Shown piece by piece: positions 27,268 through 33,181 of a stretch of 33,181 nt of DNA. Position 1 is the stretch's first letter; each line of letters opens with the position of its first letter. The stretch lies in contig JBCBJQ010000065.1 in NCBI GenBank assembly GCA_038523235.1, positions 1 through 33,181 on the forward strand. The letters are read 5' to 3'. The notes under the pieces are model-generated. The model had not been told where the DNA came from. It saw only the letters and a program-made list of their open reading frames with translations, and did not search any database. The translations under genes and the position numbers were made by a program. The DNA is from Cyanobacteria bacterium J06626_4. GTDB taxonomy: Bacteria > Cyanobacteriota > Cyanobacteriia > Phormidesmidales > Phormidesmidaceae.

Positions 27268-28431
27268 ATGTATAAACTGAAGGCCATTATCGTCGGGGCC
27301 GGGATTGGGGGGCTAACTACCGCCATTGCCATGCAGCAAGCCGGTTACGACGTAGAAATTTATGACAAAACGCGCGAACTGCGCCCCGCCGGAGCGGGCA
27401 TTTCGCTGTGGTCTAACGGGGTGAAAGTGCTGAATCGCTTGGGGTTAGGCGATCGCTTAGCGGCGATCGGCGGCACCATGAACCGGATGGAATATCGCAG
27501 CGATCGCGATGAACCGCTGAGTGACGTCGATCTGCGGCCATTGATCAACCAGGTTGGCCAGCGGCCCTATCCAGTCTCGCGCACAGATCTGCAGGGGCTG
27601 TTGCTAGAGGCGGCGGGACCGCAGCGCGTGCAGCTGCAAATGCGCTGCGTCGATGTGGAAGAGACGGCGGATCAGGTAACAGCGGTGTTTAAAAATGGCG
27701 ATCGCGCCACAGGAGATCTCCTCGTCGGTGCTGACGGCATCCACTCGGTGGTGCGTCGCCATGTGTTAGGCCATGATCTTGAGCCCCGCTATGCCGACTA
27801 TGTCAATTGGAATGGCATCGTCGCTGCGCAGCCCGGTCTCTGTGAGCGGGACAACTGGGTGATTTATGTGGGGCAGGGTCGCCGCGCCTCGATGATGCCT
27901 ATCGGCGGCGATCGCTTCTATTTCTTTTTTGGCTCACCGATGCCCCAGGGCACCTCTGTAGAGCCGAGCGATCGCCGATTGGAATTGGCAAAGATCTTCG
28001 CAGGTTGGCCCCAGCCGGTGCAAGCGCTGATTCAAGCGCTCGATCCGCTCACCACCAATCGACTCGAAATTCACGACATTGACCCGCCCGCTCGATTGGC
28101 GCGGGGGCGGGCCGTGTTGCTCGGCGACTCGGGCCATGCGACCACGCCCACACTGGGGCAGGGCGGCTGCCAGGCGATTGAAGATGCGGAAGTGCTGACC
28201 CGCTATCTGATCACGACCAATATCAGCGTGGCCGATGCGCTGCAGCGCTACGAAGCAGAACGCAAAGACCGCACGGCGTCTCTCGTGCTGAAAGCCCGCA
28301 AACGCACTGATACCATCTATGGCAAAGATCTGGATCTGACGAATGCTTGGTATGCCCAACTTAAACAAGAAGACCCAGCCGCGGTGACCGGAGCCCTTGC
28401 CAAGGTGATTTTGGGCGGCCCCATGCGATAA
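27268..28431 (+). CDS. hpxO: FAD-dependent urate hydroxylase
   Basis: GAGIGG, GAGISLWSNGVK, GQRPYPVSR, YVNWNG, GDSGHATTPTLGQGGCQAIEDA; followed by uraH and uraD. Confidence 0.9.
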   Translation: MYKLKAIIVGAGIGGLTTAIAMQQAGYDVEIYDKTRELRPAGAGISLWSNGVKVLNRLGLGDRLAAIGGTMNRMEYRSDRDEPLSDVDLRPLINQVGQRPYPVSRTDLQGLLLEAAGPQRVQLQMRCVDVEETADQVTAVFKNGDRATGDLLVGADGIHSVVRRHVLGHDLEPRYADYVNWNGIVAAQPGLCERDNWVIYVGQGRRASMMPIGGDRFYFFFGSPMPQGTSVEPSDRRLELAKIFAGWPQPVQALIQALDPLTTNRLEIHDIDPPARLARGRAVLLGDSGHATTPTLGQGGCQAIEDAEVLTRYLITTNISVADALQRYEAERKDRTASLVLKARKRTDTIYGKDLDLTNAWYAQLKQEDPAAVTGALAKVILGGPMR

Positions 28432-28524
28432 AAGAGAAGATGTTTCCCCGCGCCGCCGTTACCTTGATGAGGGCAGGATACCTGGTGCCGCTCATCCCCA
28501 ATTATTCCTAACGCGCAGACACTT

Positions 28525-28887
28525 ATGGCTGGCAAGTTAACCACCCACGTACTCGATACCGCCAATGGCGGCCCCGCTGCGGGTATGACCATTCATCTGT
28601 GGGCGATTGCGCCGGACTCGGGCAGTCGCACTCATCTCAAATCTGTGCTCACCAACTCGGACGGACGGGCCGACAGTCCGCTGTTAGCGGACGCTGACTT
28701 CCAAGTCGGCCTGTACGAATTGGTGTTTGAGGTCGGCCCTTATTTTCAACAGCGCGATCCGACCCTACCGCAGCCCTCGTTTTTAGATCAGGTGCCGCTG
28801 CGCTTTGGCATCGCTGATGCCAATGCCCACTATCATGTACCGCTGCTGACCTCGCCCTGGTCTTACAGCACCTATCGAGGCAGCTAA
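28525..28887 (+). CDS. uraH: 5-hydroxyisourate hydrolase
   Basis: LTTHVLDT, TNSDGR, HYHVPLL and C-terminal YRGS signature. Confidence 0.96.
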   Translation: MAGKLTTHVLDTANGGPAAGMTIHLWAIAPDSGSRTHLKSVLTNSDGRADSPLLADADFQVGLYELVFEVGPYFQQRDPTLPQPSFLDQVPLRFGIADANAHYHVPLLTSPWSYSTYRGS

Positions 28888-28888
28888 A

Positions 28889-29392
28889 ATGGCGCGATAC
28901 ACCCTCGCGGCGCTCAATCAAATGGAGCAGTCGGCCTTTACCGATGCTCTTGGCGATATTTTTGAACATACGCCTGCGATCGCCCATCAAACTTGGTCGC
29001 GGCGGCCGTTTGCCGCCGTCGCGGCGCTGCATCAGGCTATGGTGGCCGTCATGCAAAACCTCCCTTATGACCAGCAGCTAGCGCTGATTCGTGCCCATCC
29101 TGACTTAGGCACTAAAGCTAAAATGGCGCGATCGTCCGTGCAAGAGCAGGCCAGTGTGGGCCTGGATCAGCTCGCTCCAGCAGACTATCAAACGTTTCAG
29201 CAACTGAATCAGGCCTACCGCGACAAATTTCAGTTTCCGTTTATTGTGGCCGTCAAAGAACATACCCAGGCATCGATCTTGGCCGCCTTTCGTCAGCGGT
29301 TGACCCATGATGCCGCCACTGAGCAACAAACTGCCCTGGCAGAAATCGCCAAGATTGCGGGCTTCCGACTGCACGATTTGATTGCAGGGTGA
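28889..29392 (+). CDS. uraD: OHCU decarboxylase
   Basis: IFEHTP, LIRAHPDLG, SVQEQ, YRDKFQFPFIVAV, KIAGFRL; 1 nt after uraH. Confidence 0.95.
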   Translation: MARYTLAALNQMEQSAFTDALGDIFEHTPAIAHQTWSRRPFAAVAALHQAMVAVMQNLPYDQQLALIRAHPDLGTKAKMARSSVQEQASVGLDQLAPADYQTFQQLNQAYRDKFQFPFIVAVKEHTQASILAAFRQRLTHDAATEQQTALAEIAKIAGFRLHDLIAG

Positions 29393-29665
29393 GCGACTAT
29401 GGATGCAGTACGGGATAATTGGCGATCGCGTATTCCGTGAGATCTGCCAGAGAACATGCTGGAAAGTTGGGGGCTACTCTCGTCTGCGGCAATCAAAATC
29501 CAGACTCTGAGAATTAGCCTGCCAAGTTTCTGTGGGTTGCTTGAAGAGTAGGCAGTCATTCAGCAGCGCTGCCCCACAGCTGAAGTTTTGGAGGATTCTA
29601 TCCAGCGTATCTGTCGAATCTCTTATGATACGGCCCTTATCTGTACGCCAAACCTGAGTGAAAAG

Positions 29666-30772
29666 ATGTTCCGATTGGCTCATATTTTGATCATCGTGAT
29701 GGTCGCGGGATGGGTTTTGGTAGCAGGGTGTGACTCGGATCGCCCACCTTCGTCTACATTGCCTGCGGATACTGACCTCAACGGTGCTCGATCTACCGCT
29801 ATTGCAGATATTCGCCAGACCCTCGACAACCTCGCAGGGGAAGGGCTTTATGGGGTTGCTTATCTCACTGATCGAGGTTCTGTGGTTATTCATGAAGCAC
29901 TAGGTTGGCGTAGCCGCAAGACGCGCGACCCCATGCAGATGACAACTGGCTTTGATATTGGCTCCATCACGAAGGCAATGACCGCTGCAACCGTGCTGAA
30001 ACTCGAAGAACAGGGCCAACTTCGACTTTCTGATGCTGTGTCTCGATTCTTTCCCAATGCGCCAGAGCCATTGCGTAACAAGACGGTTGCTCAACTGATG
30101 GATCACACGACTGGACTGCCAGAATATCTGGGTAAAGACGACGAACTGGTTAGCAAACAGCAGGCGCTCAACCGACTTTTTGATGCTGATTTTCTGTTTA
30201 AACCAGGCACCGATGAAGCGTACTCAAATGCGGGATATACCCTCCTCGCCATCATTATTGAGGAGGTCTCTGAGCAGTCATTTGAGCAGACGCTGCGTGA
30301 GAGTGTGCTGCTACCGACTGTGCCTCAAATCGGGTATCGTTTAGCCGACTGGGAAAGCAGCGCTCTCGCTGTGGGCTACGTGAACGGCGAAGATCGGGGC
30401 ACACCGCTCGATCAGCCTTGGCTGGCAGACGGGCCGTCCTGGACTCTGCGAGGCAACGGGGGGCTTTTGTCAACGGCTGAAGATGTCGCGCAATGGTTTG
30501 AGGCCGTGTTTGCGGGGCGCATCCTTGGCGCTGAGGCGCTTAGCAAGTTTCAAGCACGATTTGCGGGGAGTGGCCCTTATGGCCTTCGTATTGGTGAAGC
30601 GGGCGGTGATGATTTGACAGGTTTCAACGCACAGCATGAGGCCTGGCCTGAAGTCGGGGTGTCTTGGACTCTCATCACCAGCCGGTCTATCTATCCCGCA
30701 GAAGGGATATGGGAAGACGTTGAGGATTCTGTCTATCAGCTCGTAGAAATAGCTTCGCGAGCTGAGCTTTAG
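29666..30772 (+). CDS. Serine hydrolase (beta-lactamase class C/PBP-like) lipoprotein
   Basis: GSITK (SxxK), LMDHTTGL, YSN, GNGGLLST; ATG at 29666 gives a signal peptide ending in lipobox LVAGC. Confidence 0.88.
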   Translation: MFRLAHILIIVMVAGWVLVAGCDSDRPPSSTLPADTDLNGARSTAIADIRQTLDNLAGEGLYGVAYLTDRGSVVIHEALGWRSRKTRDPMQMTTGFDIGSITKAMTAATVLKLEEQGQLRLSDAVSRFFPNAPEPLRNKTVAQLMDHTTGLPEYLGKDDELVSKQQALNRLFDADFLFKPGTDEAYSNAGYTLLAIIIEEVSEQSFEQTLRESVLLPTVPQIGYRLADWESSALAVGYVNGEDRGTPLDQPWLADGPSWTLRGNGGLLSTAEDVAQWFEAVFAGRILGAEALSKFQARFAGSGPYGLRIGEAGGDDLTGFNAQHEAWPEVGVSWTLITSRSIYPAEGIWEDVEDSVYQLVEIASRAEL

Positions 30773-31093
30773 CATGACTGACCGACGCCAGGCTTCCGCC
30801 TGTCAGGGAAAGCTACACACTCACTAAAAGCCTCTGATACGATCCGGGCAAGCAAGGTATTTCTGAAGCCATCTGATGCGTTCTCTGAATTCGTTAAGCA
30901 TCTGACACCCAAGACCATTGAAGCCAAGACGTGGGTTTTGATTGACTGCCTGCCTGGTGCTAGAGCCTCTCAATGGCTGGGATTGCCCCAGCCGCCGAAG
31001 ACCGTACTACCAACAGTAGTCATGACTGAAGTGGGCAGTGCATACCACTGACCCATGCCAGTATGCGGCCCAAAAATCGACACCATCAGCATC

Positions 31094-31480
31094 ATGATTG
31101 AACAAAACAAACGTGATTTAATCGATCGCTATCTACACGCTTACAACACTTTCGACATTGCCGGAATGCTCGCCACCTTGCATCCTGGAGTTGAGTTCAA
31201 AAACGTCTCAGCTAATGTGGTTAGTGCCACCACCTCTGGGATTAGCGAGTTTGCCAAAATGGCCCAGCAGTCGAAGGCACTGTTTACCTCGCGGCAGCAG
31301 ACAATGACGGCATTTGAAGCTGCTGACGATGATAGGGCGTCCATCAACGTGGCCTACGAGGGTGTGCTGGCCGCAGATCTGCCAAACGGGATGAAGGTAG
31401 GCGAGGTGCTGAAGCTGAAGGGGCGAACAGAATTTGAGTTTAAAGACGGCCGCATCTGGCGAATTGCGGACTATAGTTAG
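31094..31480 (+). CDS. NTF2-like/SnoaL-like protein
   Basis: IDRYLHAYNTFDIAGMLATLHPGVEF...GRTEFEFKDGRIWRIADYS; ATG at 31094 preferred. Confidence 0.85.
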   Translation: MIEQNKRDLIDRYLHAYNTFDIAGMLATLHPGVEFKNVSANVVSATTSGISEFAKMAQQSKALFTSRQQTMTAFEAADDDRASINVAYEGVLAADLPNGMKVGEVLKLKGRTEFEFKDGRIWRIADYS

Positions 31481-31642
31481 CGCCATTGGCATGAGTTATT
31501 GCCTTGGTCGCATGTCGTCCGATCAAGGCTGGAATCACGGCGGTGGCATCTTTTCTCATGCAAGCGGAATGTTCCCAGCCAGCACTGAAGAGCAACCTAT
31601 GGACAAACGCCAACCGGAAACGTGACATCTCATCGAATCAAG

Positions 31643-32170
31643 ATGCAACAACGTATTCGCGCCTTTCTGAGCTACCTGCTATCGTTCCGACGCCCTGCAG
31701 GGAGTTGGCAATTCGAAGACTATCCGGTGTGCGTTCGACGCCAACAGCCCGGCGGCACCGGGGTCGACTACCCCGCCTATCGCGCCCAGATCATTAATTG
31801 GTGGACTCTCCCAGGATTGGGCGACACCCCAGCCGCCGCAAAAGACTATCTTCGAGAGAGCTTTGAGCTTTACCAGCAAAGCGAAGAGACCCTGCCAAGA
31901 CCAGGTTGCCGCGTTCCGATCCAATTCGCAGAATCGTCGATTATAGATGCCGGCCCTGAGATTTACCGCAAATTCATTGTGGATGTGCTGGGATTTGATC
32001 TAGAAGATCCGGTTTTCATTTCTGATCAATCCAGCCTGCTCGACTTCGAGGGAGTGAATGGGGGTATTGACCTATTCAAACGCACTCAAGAGGTCTTCGG
32101 CGTTGATGTGTCTGACATCACCGATGGCAACCTGGCCTCCATGTTTAGGCGCATCCAAGACACCCGGTAA
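31643..32170 (+). CDS. Hypothetical protein with HicB-like N-terminal domain and possible ACP-like C-terminal domain
   Basis: YPVCV...YRAQI...GLGDTPAAAKDYLRESFELY...LPRP follows the HicB pattern; start may be GTG 31622 or ATG 31643. Confidence 0.6.
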   Translation: MQQRIRAFLSYLLSFRRPAGSWQFEDYPVCVRRQQPGGTGVDYPAYRAQIINWWTLPGLGDTPAAAKDYLRESFELYQQSEETLPRPGCRVPIQFAESSIIDAGPEIYRKFIVDVLGFDLEDPVFISDQSSLLDFEGVNGGIDLFKRTQEVFGVDVSDITDGNLASMFRRIQDTR

Positions 32171-32286
32171 CAGTCAGTCCTGGATGCAACACACCGCCGC
32201 GATGTCAATGTGGGGAAAGCTCTCTATTCACCCAGGGGTTCAGCCGTTGTGCGCCTTGCCCGTTATTTGCCTGCTATCGACTCTTT

Positions 32287-32766
32287 TTAGCCTGCTAATT
32301 GTTGCCAAATGCGGCTAATTTTAGCCAGCAACGTTTGGGTGATTTGCTGAAAAGCACGATGTTCTGTTTCGTTGGCGGCTGCTCGCTCGTCGCTGCGTTG
32401 GAGATCGGCTCTCGACTCCTCAAGGAAAATATTAAAGCGTTCATCTGTTGCTTGCTGCTGTTGAGCCAGGTCGGCAATCATTGCCACTGTGTCGTTGATG
32501 GCTGCTCGTAATTGCTGTTCGGCAGCATCAATGTCTTGGCGGTTTGCCGATATCGCATGCGTCAACTGATTGATGTCTTGACGGTTGCCCAGCACAATGT
32601 CAGAGAGGCGATCCAGCTTTGAATCAGTACGTCGAGACTGCTCTACCGACTCCTCAATTCGAGTATCGGTCTGTCGGGACTGCTTCAAAAGTTGCCTGAT
32701 ATTCTCACTGTTTGCTTGAACAGCACGGACATTGGACTCAATTAGCTGCCTGAGTTCATCGTCTGT
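32287..32766 (-). pseudogene. Coiled-coil protein gene with apparently damaged start (possibly translated from TTG 32688)
   Basis: Frame is open 26 codons upstream of the called TTG (TDDELRQLIESNVRAVQANSENIRQL) but is preceded by GAGG-ATG-TAG. Confidence 0.55.
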
Positions 32767-32880
32767 CTACATCCTCATTCTTAATATTAGAGTCATGCAA
32801 ATCGCGGAATCATTTAGTTAGAAAAAGGAAAGTTCTGGTTTGTATCCCCCGTTCAGAGTGCTCTACCCAATCCAAAGCCT

Positions 32881-33105
32881 ATGCTCCCCTGTAAAGACGT
32901 CTTTATCTCCTATGGCCGCGCTGATAGCAAAGCGTTTGCTAGCCAGCTCAGCCAACGCCTGTCGGCCATGGGGGTCTCCGTATGGTTTGACTTTAACGAC
33001 ATTCCGCTAGCGACCGACTTTCAAGAACGGATGGACGATGGCATTGCGAAAGCCCATAATTTTCTCTACATCATTTCGCCCTCGTCGGTAAACTCGCCCT
33101 ACTGA
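32881..33105 (+). pseudogene. Truncated TIR-domain gene
   Basis: DVFISYGRAD, VWFD, FLYIISPSSVNSPY then TGA where the Cys of the S-x-Y-C-x-x-E motif is expected; only about half a TIR domain. Confidence 0.85.
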
Positions 33106-33181
33106 CGCGATGTGCAACTAAAAGATTGAGAAAAAGTTCCATCTCTGTAAGCTAGAGCTAGCGATAGTTCTAAGCACTTAC
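33105..33181. mobile_element. Possible end of an insertion sequence interrupting the TIR gene (IS982-like 5'-AC terminus)
   Basis: TIR similarity stops abruptly at TACTG|ACGCGATGTGCAACTAAAAG and AT-rich non-coding sequence follows; no transposase visible within the window. Confidence 0.35.

Noticed and set aside
31434..31625. Small ORF upstream of the HicB-like gene as a possible hicA toxin
   Set aside because: Lacks the HicA GSH motif and basic composition, and overlaps the SnoaL gene
32165..32252. attC-like imperfect inverted repeat after the HicB-like gene (TAAC...cctgg...ccagg...GTT)
   Set aside because: CGGTAAC and GTTGTGC fit neither RYYYAAC/GTTRRRY nor each other; no similar site follows neighbouring genes and no integrase is present
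1151..32511. Numerous 60-165 aa ORFs overlapping well-supported genes (e.g. 1478-1912, 18933-19427, 19512-20009, 27934-28368, 29474-29893)
   Set aside because: Antisense or alternate-frame shadows of real genes, with no recognisable motifs
33103..33105. UGA at a Cys position as possible selenocysteine
   Set aside because: The frame stops again at 33127-33129, similarity is lost, and no SECIS-like hairpin is evident

Overview
Chromosomal window from a cyanobacterium: psbX, psaE, ndhO, ycf66 and an hli gene are present, with more than 30 HIP1 GCGATCGC octamers counted by eye. About 1-29.4 kb is mostly housekeeping: DUF3318, dusB, a pseudo-receiver/PAS adenylate cyclase, psbX-ycf66, YdcF-like, ndhO-mutM-psaE, Z-ISO/NnrU, DUF92, an anti-sigma kinase, a MacB-like permease, hli, dnaK, a CrtH-like oxidoreductase, cax, a non-canonical PRK paralogue, an RND pump pair and a urate-to-allantoin operon (hpxO-uraH-uraD). 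Two small genes missing from the ORF track were found (psbX 4349-4468, hli 13264-13413). Intergenic DNA carries nested small repeats: a ~126-bp repeat in two copies plus a third copy of its core, a ~190-bp MITE-like element whose terminus recurs at 328-370, and REP-like hairpins. The last ~3.7 kb looks accessory and decaying: a lipoprotein serine hydrolase, an NTF2/SnoaL protein, an orphan HicB-like protein with an apparent ACP-like C-terminal domain (the best novelty candidate), a coiled-coil gene that seems to have lost its start codon, and a TIR gene cut off before its catalytic Glu, possibly by an IS end. No tRNA, rRNA, CRISPR array, integrase or transposase ORF was seen. All calls come from manual motif reading; no searches were run.
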